DNA of 64,000 nucleotides from Eledone cirrhosa. Taxonomy: Eukaryota. The notes under the pieces were generated by a model. That model searched no databases, was not told where the DNA came from, and worked only from the letters and a program-made list of their open reading frames with translations. The DNA lies in the NCBI GenBank assembly GCA_964016885.1, contig OZ024744.1:75330001-75394000 (forward strand). The letters are read 5' to 3'. Within the stretch, counting starts at the first letter, position 1. Each line of letters starts with the position of its first letter. The position numbers and the translations under genes are program-made. Below are positions 1 to 10,003 of the stretch, piece after piece.

Positions 1-490
1 TGCATAACCAAGATTGAGGAACCATGTCGAATAACTTCTTGTAATCTATCCACCCCAAGGCAAGATTAGTATGTGTTCTCTTGCTGTTCCTTATCATGGG
101 ACTTCTTTCGGTATCCTTTCTGTTCCTCTGGCAAAAGGTTGTGTATGCCGAGGTGGTGGTAGATTTCCTCAGACACAATGTTTGTTAGCAATTTCCACAT
201 CAAGACAGACATGTGATAGGCCTATATTTGGTAACGTTATCTCCCTTGGCTTGATCTTTCATTATTAGGACCGTTCTATCTTTTGCCAATCACTTCAGTA
301 CTTCACCTAACACCAAGCAGTCATTCATTGAACAATTGTCAGTATCGGATGGTGAAACATCATATTTTTAGTCCAATAACCTTGCACACCATCCGGGGCT
401 GGTAATTTCCAGTTGGTTAATTTATTTAGCTGCGTTTTAAAGGTTTCAACCGAGATACTCAAGTCAGGTTATTGGTAGGCTTGTTCATTA
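1..490 (-). mobile_element. R4/Dong-type non-LTR retrotransposon fragment (RT N-terminal region), runs off window start
   Basis: Visibly homologous to 21700-22110 (e.g. ccttgcacaccatccggggctggtaatttccagttggtt); minus strand reads NWKLPAPDGVQGY and NYRPITCL-like motifs; 5' junction abuts (TAA)n at ~490-502. Confidence 0.8.
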
Positions 491-502
491 ATTATTATTA
501 TT

Positions 503-614
503 TTGGCAGTATCGGTAGAGGGTTACGTCCCTTTACGGTCTGAGTTCAAATCCCGTCGAGGTTAACTTTGCCTTTCATCCTTACGGGGTCGATAAAATAA
601 AGTATCAGTAATGT
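503..614 (+). mobile_element. tRNA-derived SINE, internally deleted, 3' end replaced by Tx1 sequence
   Basis: Box A-like TGGCAGTATCGG, box B GAGTTCAAATCC, central GCCTTTCATCCTTACGGGGTCGATAAAATAAAGTA; same family as 13720-13921. Confidence 0.9.
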
Positions 615-3521
615 ATAGACTGGATTATCTGAATGTGGCAATGTGGACATGGGCAAACCGCATCGGGTCATCGAGATCGTATTTAGATAGGGTATTCTGT
701 AGGGAAACAGAGAAGGCTAGTGTAGGTTGTCCACCACTTAAAGTATTCGACTATACGGACCACAAATTTGTGATCTGTAAAGTTGACTTAGATAGACTCC
801 ATAGGCAAGGGCCCGGCTACTGGAAGCTGAACGCGTCTTTCCCGGCGCGCAAAGCTTACAGAGACAGGATTAGCGAATTAGTTAAGCGTGCGTTGTCGGG
901 TGCGATCGTCAACAAAAGGTGGAGGTTTACCCTGAAAAGGGCTATTAGAGTAGAATCATAAGGTTTAGCACAGGAGTAGTGATAGAGGAAAATATAGTAG
1001 AGAGAGAGTTAGAAAGCTAGAAGAGGCGTTTAGGACAGGCATCGCAACCGACCTGCTTGCGGTGAGATTGGCATTCGACCAATTCTTCAACGCAAAGCAT
1101 GAAGGCTGCGTTGTCAGAGCTAGAGCGCGTGCTCTAAGAATGATGGACGAAAGCCGTTCAATGGGCCCGGGTAGGGAAGGCGCGACGTGGCAACAAAGCC
1201 ACAATTCGGTCTTTGTCTGATCAAAACGGGCGCATGATGCTCGAACCCGAGCAGAATTGTGCGGCTTTTATGCGTATATGCCAGACTTATTCGGCGACCT
1301 CTTGGCAGATGTCTACTGCAACTGGCAGCAGAACGGGAGCATTCCCAGTTTTGTGAGCCGGGGAGCGGTCGCGCTGCGGAGAAAAGACCCGAACAAGGGG
1401 GACGTTATAGACAATTTCAGGCCCATAACTCTGCTTATCGCAGTGTTTAAGATTTTGCAAAGAGATTAGCGCTTGTCGTCGGTGATCTGGTGGGAGAGGC
1501 GCAGACAAGCGCCATTCCGGACAAATCCATCTACGACAGCCTGCATCTCATGTGATACATCATAGAGATGGTGGTTAAGGAACCTGGCACGGGTGGGGCC
1601 CTGATCAACTTGGATCAATCTAAAGCATTTGATAGGGCGACCATCGGTTCCTGGCTGCGGTCTTCGAGGCGGCCGGCTTCGGGCCCGTTTTTAGGGTTGG
1701 ATCGCTGTGATGCATAGCGACATCTGTTCTATTGTGAGGGTGAATGGTCACCTATCATAGAATTTCAGCATCATGCGCTCGGTCCGCCAGGTTTGCTCCC
1801 TCACGTCCCTCGTGTACGTACGGGCCCTAGAGCCGTTACTGCACAAATAGGAGACGAAGAGGGGGTTCCCACGTGAACTGGGATGCGGGAGATCCATGTC
1901 AGCTTACGCCGACGACGTCACAGTGGTGATGTCGAGCACCAAACACGTCCAGATGCTTGGCACCAATCTCAAGGAATACGATGACAGGAGCAAAGATAAG
2001 CCAGGAAAAGTTGGTGGGTTTGCAACTCGGAACCTGGAAAGGCTAGTTCATGCCGTCCGACAGCGTTGTGGAGCGATGGATGGACGGAGCGGATAAATTG
2101 CTGGGGGTCTGGTTCGGTCCGGACCTCCAGATGGAGAAATTCTGGAGCGAGGTGTCGAGCAGAGTGGCCTCTCCCACCCAGAAATAGGGCCGAGAGGAGG
2201 CTGTCTTTGAAAGGTCGGGCGGAGATGGCGAATGCGTACATTGCGTCCGTCATCTGCTAGCGCCTGACCGGCTTACCTTTTCCCCGCCCAACTCCGACCA
2301 AAATGGAGCGCCTTTTCTTCCGCTTTTTGTGGAAGGGACGTACTCCCATGGTCAAACAATACATTTGCTGTCAACACCCGTTGCGTGGAGGACTAGGCAT
2401 GCCGTGGCTGATGATACGCAAACATGCGCTGAGGCTGCGACATATCTGGTGCTTGCTTGATGGTGAACAGGTGTGGTCGCCGTTTGTCAGACGCGCTTTT
2501 CTCCCAGCTCGTCTCTTTTACGGAGCTGCAGTCCTGGATCAGGAAAAGACAGAGGGATAGCGCTTGGAAGTTGAAATGTTTCCAAGCGTTCCTGTACCAG
2601 CTGGGCACTAGTATGGGTGGAACATCTTCCTCGGCGTTCTATAGAGTGCTAGAAGAGGGAAAGAGCGACGACGTTCTCGGGGAGACCCTGGGCGTCGAAG
2701 ACGATCAGCTGTTCGCTCTCTTCAAGAGAACTTTTAGACCAGGGTCTATGGACAACTTCCAGAAATTCCTGGCCCGGGAGCGTTGCCGGTTCGAGATAAG
2801 ATCTACAGGCACGGATGTGCTGTCAGCCGAGCCTGTCCGAGATGCGCGCAGGGCGACGAAACCGTCGTGCACGCACTCGTTCAGTGCCCGAAGATTGCTG
2901 ACTTGTGGAGCTATGTCGAACAGCTACTGCCGCGTGTAGGACGGATCCGGTTATCGACTGATTCCATTGTGCAGATAGCCATGAGATCCTCCTTTAAAGA
3001 ATTGGAAGGGCAGGCAGTTTTCATCTGCCTGGTGGCCATGGCAAAAGAGATTGTGTGGTGGACAAGGTTAAAAGTGTTGAAGACGGACACTTTCCTCTCC
3101 GGCCAATCCCTGATTAATTTTTTCAAGTTTCACTTGAAGAGGAAAGTCAGGGTGGAGAGGCAAGTGCTATCTTTTAGTAAGTTTGTTGAAAGGTGGGTGA
3201 AAGTGGCGAGTCTGGTCCGACTGAACGGGCCCGCTCTGAGTATACGCCTGTAGACTGGGGAGTGGGAAAACTGAGAGAGGGCGCTTGCCCTGTTGGTCAG
3301 GGTGACCGTGTTTGTTTGTTTTTGTGTGGTTTTCGGCACGACTGACCCTCGGAGGTTTCCCCCTTTTTGGGGAATTTTGTTGTTTGAATTTTGTTTTTAT
3401 TTCTAGCCCGGTTTTGTTATAACCTGTTTACACGACCAAACCCACTTTGTATCGTCCTGTACTGTTCTGTGCCATCTCTAATGCTTTTCTTCGTGTTAGC
3501 CCTTGTGGCCAATAAAGAAAC

Positions 3522-3558
<37 letters not shown>
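613..3558 (+). mobile_element. Tx1-type (L1 group) LINE copy 1, 5'-truncated and degenerate ORF2, (ATT)n tail
   Basis: ORF fragments 611-961, 1257-1469, 1896-2096 (YADD), 2303-2560 and 2783-3253 (CPRC..ETVVHALVQC) match ORF2 at 10004-13423; 3' UTR and (ATT)12 tail at 3523-3558. Confidence 0.95.
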
Positions 3559-3698
3559 TGCATTTATCTTGCTTTATGTTTATACGAGTTAGCACCAAGT
3601 CACAACCAGTGACCTCAAGAGACAACAAGGTCCGCCATGTTCAAGAAAGAACACACATATTCACACATGCATCCTTAGTGTTTAGACTTGTGATGTAC

Positions 3699-6293
3699 TT
3701 ATATTGACAGGATCTTCCTTAGTATATGGGCAGTTCCCATTAGTACTATCTTTTGTATTTCTCCTATACGCGGGTTTCCTGGGATTTGCGATAAGTAGTC
3801 GTTAGACCCCTTAGGTATCATTCCCAGAGCGCCTACAACCACTGGTATTGTTTTAGTTCTCAATTTCCACATTTTTCCAATTTCTATCTCCAGGTCCTTA
3901 TACTTGCTCAATTTTTCAAATGTTTTTATAGATACATTCTTGTCTATTGGAACAGACATATCAATTAGCAGGCATACCCTCCTTTGAAAGTCCTTCAATA
4001 TTATATCAGGTCTATTTGCATCTATTTTTCGGTCTGTTTGGATGCTAAAGTTCCACAAGATTGAGATGTGATCTTTTTCAAGTATGGGAGGTGGTTGATG
4101 CTCCCACCAATTCTTTTGATGGGGCAGGTCAAAATGCTTACACATTATCCAATGTATGTATTGTGCAGCTCTGTCATGCCTGTTTAGGTATTCGGTTGGA
4201 GCTATAGGACTGCACATTGAAATTATATGGTCAATGGTCTCTGGTTGTTTTTTGCATACACGGCATAGTGGGCTGCACCCATTTTTTATTATGTTGGCTT
4301 GGTAATTTTTTGTTGGCAGACACTGATCTTGTGCGGATATAATCAGTCCTTCAGTCTCCGATTTCAGTCCAGAGGATGCCAACCACTGATGGGTTAAAGT
4401 TTTGTCAACATCAGGATTGTTAGCTCGCTCTGGGTATTTTCCATACAGAGGCTTTTCTTGCCATTTCTTAGCCAGTTTCTGTAGCAGTTCTTTCTTTGCA
4501 GTTACTTTTACCTGCTTTGCTTTTTCTGTGTTTTCCATTTCAGCAGTAAATGGGACTTCTGAAATTTGTAGTCCATTACTGTATCTTTGTGCATCTTTTG
4601 TAATGGAATATGATCTTTTGGTGCTTTCGTGTTTCAAAACGAGTTTGATCATCCAATCATGTGATTCCCTTAGATATGTGGATAATCCAATTGTTGCAGT
4701 TTTCAACGCAATGTCTAACTGGATTAACCCACGTCCTCCTTCTTTCCTAGGGAGATATATTCTATCTATGTCTGTCTTAGGGTGATGCATTCTGTGCATG
4801 GTTAAGAATTTTCGGATTTTTGTATCGAGCCTACGGATCTCTGTGCTTGACCAGTTGATGACATTGTAACTGTAGGTTACTACTGGTATGGCAAGCGTGT
4901 TTATGGCATCGATCCTATTCCTTGCATTCAATTCCGTTCTTAAGATTGCTCTGACTCTGCGGTAACATTCCTTCCTTATCCTTTCCCTCATTGTCGAGTG
5001 CTTGATTCCGTCTCCTTCACAAACACCTAGATATTTGTAAGTTTGTTCTTGATCAAGCTCTCTTATCACGTTCCCCCGATCAAGATTAATGTCTGAACTC
5101 TTCAGCAGCTTTCCTCTGGTGAACGTTGCTTTGGCGCATTTATCCAGTCCAAACTCCATTTTAATGTCATCACTGAACTGCTTCACAGTGGATAATAGCC
5201 CTTGCAATTGTTCATCATTTTTTGCAAATAGTTTCAGGTCATCCATGTAGAACAGGTGATTAATGGTTTTGTCATAGACTCTATATCCATGTTTTGTTTC
5301 ATTGAGCATTTTACTTAATGGTATAAGTGCGATGCAGAATAAAAGCGGTGATAAAGAGTCACCCTGAAAAATTCCACAATTAATGTTAACTTCTCCAGCT
5401 TCCAGTGATTTTGTTTCACTATTCAAAAGGAGTGTCGTTCTCCATGTCCTCATACTGAATGACAAAAACCTCCTGACAACGGGGGATATTTTGAAAATCT
5501 CTAAACATTTTTCAATCCAACTGTGTGGCAAACTATCAAATGCTTTTTTATAATCTATCCAAGCAATCGATAGATTTTTGTGTCTATTATGACAATCTTC
5601 CAGTATCATTTTGTTAACCAGAAGCTGATCCTTACAGCCATATGAGCCTCGTTTACACCCTTTCTGCTCAATGGGAAATAGGTCATTTGTTATCAGGTGG
5701 TCATATGTGTATTCAGTTAGGACTGATGTTAAAATTTTATACATTGTGGTCAAGCAGGTTATCGGTCTGTAATTTTTGGGATTGTTTGTCTCATCATTCT
5801 TCGGTAGCAGGAATGTAATGCCGTTAACTAGCCATGATCGTATCTTTTCTGGCTCCTTAACTATTTCATTGTAAAGTTGGGCTAACAGCTCATGAGACTC
5901 TGTGAAGGCATTTATCCAAAAGTTTTGTATTTTGTCTTTTCCTGGGGATTTCCATTTGCTGGTTTTTCTTAGAGCCAAGCGCAGCTGTTCAACTGTTATA
6001 TTTTCCCATGTTTGTTCTTCAAGGTGAGCTGTTTCTTTCATTTGTCTGTCTATCCATGGGGCATGTATGTTATGAACTTTTTCTTCGGCCCAGATCTTTT
6101 CCCAGAATTCTTGCACTTCCTCCTTGGGTGGTATTGATTTAGCAGTTATTGTTGACTTACCAATTTTTCTGTAGAAGTTTCTTTGGTTGTTTTTGAACAT
6201 ATTATTGTCCTTATAGAATCTAGATCGTTTTTCAAAGCGCCTTATACGAGCAGCTTTGGCCGACACTTTTTGCTTGATTGTTTCTATCAGCAT
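3699..6293 (-). CDS. R4/Dong polyprotein C-terminal part: reverse transcriptase, CCHC zinc knuckle, restriction-like endonuclease
   Basis: 864 aa open frame with KSPGKDKI, NYRPITCL, IDYKKAFDS, GIFQGDSLSPLLF, YMDD, CRVC-x8-HIISMC, RHD, RPDII..D, KYKDL motifs. Confidence 0.93.
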   Translation of the reverse strand: MLIETIKQKVSAKAARIRRFEKRSRFYKDNNMFKNNQRNFYRKIGKSTITAKSIPPKEEVQEFWEKIWAEEKVHNIHAPWIDRQMKETAHLEEQTWENITVEQLRLALRKTSKWKSPGKDKIQNFWINAFTESHELLAQLYNEIVKEPEKIRSWLVNGITFLLPKNDETNNPKNYRPITCLTTMYKILTSVLTEYTYDHLITNDLFPIEQKGCKRGSYGCKDQLLVNKMILEDCHNRHKNLSIAWIDYKKAFDSLPHSWIEKCLEIFKISPVVRRFLSFSMRTWRTTLLLNSETKSLEAGEVNINCGIFQGDSLSPLLFCIALIPLSKMLNETKHGYRVYDKTINHLFYMDDLKLFAKNDEQLQGLLSTVKQFSDDIKMEFGLDKCAKATFTRGKLLKSSDINLDRGNVIRELDQEQTYKYLGVCEGDGIKHSTMRERIRKECYRRVRAILRTELNARNRIDAINTLAIPVVTYSYNVINWSSTEIRRLDTKIRKFLTMHRMHHPKTDIDRIYLPRKEGGRGLIQLDIALKTATIGLSTYLRESHDWMIKLVLKHESTKRSYSITKDAQRYSNGLQISEVPFTAEMENTEKAKQVKVTAKKELLQKLAKKWQEKPLYGKYPERANNPDVDKTLTHQWLASSGLKSETEGLIISAQDQCLPTKNYQANIIKNGCSPLCRVCKKQPETIDHIISMCSPIAPTEYLNRHDRAAQYIHWIMCKHFDLPHQKNWWEHQPPPILEKDHISILWNFSIQTDRKIDANRPDIILKDFQRRVCLLIDMSVPIDKNVSIKTFEKLSKYKDLEIEIGKMWKLRTKTIPVVVGALGMIPKGSNDYLSQIPGNPRIGEIQKIVLMGTAHILRKILSI

Positions 6294-6313
6294 GTCTATG
6301 TCACATGTTGATC

Positions 6314-7348
6314 TTATACTGTACTTTTTTTCAATTTTCTAAGTTTAGTTTGTTTAACATGTTCACCTACTTTATAGTTTGTTAAAATTTCTATGTCAGA
6401 TCGGAGAAGGTTTATTTGGCGATTGATGTTATCTTGCCAAGTAGATTTCTTGTGGGAATTCCTTTGTTTTTTCATCTTCACTCCACATAAGTGAGTGGTG
6501 ACTTTAGCCGATGCATAATAGAGATGATTTAAGTCAGTAATGTTTATTTTGTTTGTGATGATAATGTTTTTGAGAATTATGTTAGTCTTGTGTATTATCT
6601 TTTGGTTCTGTTTGGAGTTCTGGATCTTAGGGAGGGTGTCTCGTTCCCCCATGTCAGATTCTTTCATTTTCATCCATTCGATCATAATTTCATCCTTCAA
6701 GTTGGCAAGTTCATTCTCATTCATTTCTTTATCATTTACGATCTCATTATTTTCATTTGGAGTTTCATCCTGAGCATGCACTCCCTCCACTTTTTCGCTC
6801 CTTTCTTTAATTTGTTCTGTTGCCAGTGATTCCGCCCCAACTCTGGGATTCGAAGTGTTACAGTTTACCTCGTTTTCACTGACACATGCTTCATTTTCCC
6901 TTCGCTGACTTTGTGCTACTAGCTTGATCTGATCAATTTCTATATCAGTTAGTAACTTTTTTCTTACAATATTTCTTCGTATATTGGCTAGTTTGTTACT
7001 GTCAATATAGCCTCTGTTTTCGGGATGTTTCTTTTTCCAGTTGATATATGTTTGCTCTGTATTCGATGTATTTGATGGGTAGTACATGGCAGTGTAGAAA
7101 GCCTCAAGGACTTCTTTATTATCTTCCCTTGACCATTTTTCTCTCTTTGTCTTTGGATTTCTTGGTGGTGAGCATGGAGGGCCAACAGTAGGAGTATTCC
7201 GGTTATGGGAGGTCTCCAGCTCCGAAGTGATGGGAAGGTTTGAACCATTAGCTGATTTTTCGACCCCAGTCTGGTTCCTCTCTGAGGGACGCGGCCCTTT
7301 TTTACCCGGGTGACGGCCGATCCGGTATGAGATTTCATCATTAGACAT
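6314..7348 (-). CDS. R4/Dong polyprotein N-terminal part (Myb/SANT-like WSREDN..LEAFY segment), frameshifted from downstream part at T7 run 6325-6331
   Basis: 344-aa ORF; one extra A in the run gives KLKKKYSIRSTCDIDMLIET, continuous with 3699-6293. Confidence 0.8.
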   Translation of the reverse strand: MSNDEISYRIGRHPGKKGPRPSERNQTGVEKSANGSNLPITSELETSHNRNTPTVGPPCSPPRNPKTKREKWSREDNKEVLEAFYTAMYYPSNTSNTEQTYINWKKKHPENRGYIDSNKLANIRRNIVRKKLLTDIEIDQIKLVAQSQRRENEACVSENEVNCNTSNPRVGAESLATEQIKERSEKVEGVHAQDETPNENNEIVNDKEMNENELANLKDEIMIEWMKMKESDMGERDTLPKIQNSKQNQKIIHKTNIILKNIIITNKINITDLNHLYYASAKVTTHLCGVKMKKQRNSHKKSTWQDNINRQINLLRSDIEILTNYKVGEHVKQTKLRKLKKSTV

Positions 7349-7590
7349 CTACCTTATTTTGTCGCGTTTTATCCTTAACCGCCAAGGGGTAATCTTTTCG
7401 TGTTACCACTTCTAGAACGAGTGTCAACCAAGACTAGAGGGGTCGTTCTCCCCTAGAGACATGGCTATTCCCCGCCGGCCGCCATCCCGGTATTTCTTGG
7501 TCACGGGGTTTATTTTTGTTGTTTTTTTTAAATTGTTATTATCATGAGTGGTACCTTAATGTGAGCATTGCGTGGCTTAAGAATGAAATT

Positions 7591-7645
7591 ATTAACAATT
7601 GTCTCCACTCCAGGGACAAGGCCAGCAATCACCCAGTGCATTACA
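7591..7645 (-). mobile_element. SINE 3' tail fragment
   Basis: Minus strand gtaatgcactgggtgattgctggccttgtccctggagtggagacaattgtt, a diverged SINE tail. Confidence 0.75.
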
Positions 7646-7885
7646 ATAATATTTATTATTATCATTATTATTGAATGCCATGGTTGACGGAGGCTCGGCT
7701 CTGTAAGGTATAGTAATTTTTAACCGTTAAAACAATTGTAAATTGTTTAAAACTTGAACCAAATTGTTGATAAAGACACCCTCCTCCTCGTGAGAGGGGT
7801 CTTTCTGTCCGTTATTTGGCCCTTCGGGGTTAAATAACCAGTTATTGGGGTTTTGTACCCAAAATTTCATTTTAAACAAAAAAAC

Positions 7886-9968
7886 ATGGCTACGAAAAAG
7901 AAATTTCATACGTCACTCCCACTCATTCCGTCTTCTTCTTCCTCAATCATCACTACAGCAGAGAGAAGATTGTCTCTCTCCCTCCCTTCTTTAAATGTGT
8001 CTCTCTCCCTCCCTTCTCTTTCGCAAGTGACGAAAGAAAAGAAAAGTCTCGTGCAAAGCGTGCAAGGTTTCTCCACGACGACGACGACAGCGACGAAACA
8101 GGTGTGCGGGAAATACGAAAACCCAGTTCATTCGTCTGACGTCAGGAATAATAGCAGTAGCAGCCGTAATAACAACAGCAACAGTGACAATGAAAACAAC
8201 AGTAGCAGCCGCAACAGCATCACCAGCAGCATAAACAACAACAGCATTAGCAGCAGCAACACCAACAACAACCACAGCAACAGCGGCGGAGGCAGTAGTC
8301 GTAGTACCTGCAGCAACAACAAAAGTACCAGCAGCTCTGACGACAACAACAACAGCAGAGAAAAACCAATCTCATTTGCAGGTATTGCGAAAAACTTGGA
8401 AACAATCCTCATAACAAATGAGGAATTAGAGGAAGCGAAGAAGATGGTGACAAAGAACGGACACCGAGCAATCTGCAAGGCAGCGAAAAATTTTTTCGAA
8501 ACCCAACAGCACTGTACGGTCACGTACCGTACAGTAAGTACAAAATCCCGTAGGGTGGAAAGAGCCACAGAGGCCCAAATACAAAAAGCCTTAGGGTCTG
8601 TGTGGCAGCGGAAAACGCACATCACCCGAGGCAAAAAATATGCCACCGTAGACGTACTTTTTGCCACACCCCAGGAGGCAAAGGCCCAATCAGTAGTGAC
8701 CCTAAGGAGCGAGGAAATGGTGTTGGTGCCCTCCTACTGTGGGCAAAAAATTGTGAGGGTCAAACTGACCCACGTCCCCCCCGGAATGACCCCTTCTTGG
8801 CTGGCCGCGTCTGTCCTAATCGGAATCGAGGACAAAACAACTGTACTGCAAGTACAGAAAAAAGTAAGAGAAGATTGGGTCGGCTCCTCCATTGAGATGC
8901 TAATCCAAACCAACCAGGAGTGCATCGAAACTAGACTTCGATAACGGCACTCAACTGCCTATAAGTGTTGAGGGCAAACGCCCGAAATGCTTTCGCTGTG
9001 GATCGGAGACTCACCTCAGTGCTTTCTGCAACGAGAAGACCCTGAGAAAGGAGAAAACCCCCCTCCTTCCGAATCCGGCTCCACGGCTACCAGCAACAGG
9101 ACAAGCGGCAACCAGGAACGATAGGTCCGTGGCACCCATACCCACGCCACGGAAATCAAAAACAGCAGCAGCAGTGGAAATATTAACAACAACAACAGCA
9201 ATACCAAATGCAGCTGCAACAGAGACTCCAGTGCAAACATCACCAACAACAACAAGTGAAAGAGTGGAGCTGGTACCCCTCCCCGACCTCACAGAATCAG
9301 ACATGGAGTGTGAGGTGGGAGAGGGATGGCAAAAGGTCGCAAGAAGGCACAAACGCAGAAGCAGCGCATCGTCGCCTTTGAAAAGGGAGGAAAGAAATGA
9401 GAAAAGGGTAAAGTCTACTGCAAAGAGACCCACAGCAGCAACAACACCAACACCATCACCACCCACACTAGCACCACCATCACCACCGGCGACAACCCCA
9501 CCGCCAACAACACCTTCAACACCACCACCACAAGCACCAACATCGCAAACACAACAACAAAACACACACACCCAGCAACAACGACAAGAAAATAGCAGAA
9601 CCACACCCCACCCCCAGAAAAACAAATGCACGGCAATAAATACACACAACAAGAAACTAATGACTTACATAATTGAACACACAGACATTTCACAACAGGA
9701 CTACATAATACCAGCACCAATCAAAACGCCAACTAACATAAGACTGCTAAAAATAGCACAGAAACAATACACAAACATTAAAACGAAATTCCCCAACGCA
9801 GTTGGTGATTTCAGGGACCTAGGAGGAACCATCAATCGAAGAGTATACTCAGACATTCTCTTAGAAGAGCCGACGACCAGCCGAAGGGACGATTCAACGG
9901 TCCCTTCACCAGACGATCAAGTGAAAAGGGATGTAAAAACCATCCCTCCTCTACCAAAAGTACGGTAA
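7886..9968 (+). pseudogene. Tx1 ORF1 (gag-like, CCHC zinc knuckle, Asn/Ser- and Pro/Thr-rich tracts) broken by a 14-nt deletion near 8930
   Basis: ATG at 7886; CFRCGSETHLSAFC knuckle at ~8988-9029 is in frame with 9129-9968; comparison with copy 3 (ATCGACGC-AATCCCCGATATCA-TAGAC) shows the missing 14 nt. Confidence 0.85.
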
Positions 9969-10003
9969 GTGGTCTTTCCCATCTTTTCCACTCTATTTTA
10001 AAC

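Larger units (their letters stand above)
3559..7540 (-). mobile_element. R4/Dong-clade RLE non-LTR retrotransposon, apparently full length
   Basis: 5' UTR ~7349-7540, long ORF split once, 3' UTR 3559-3698 ending in (TAA)n on the minus strand. Confidence 0.9.

Noticed and set aside
6320-6335. Programmed -1 frameshift in the Dong ORF
   Set aside because: In-frame heptamer is G AAA AAA, a poor slippery site; R4-clade elements normally have one ORF; an indel is simpler.
9962-9975. Splice donor-like CGGTAAGT at the ORF1 stop
   Set aside because: Single motif; region deleted in copy 3, so no conservation evidence.
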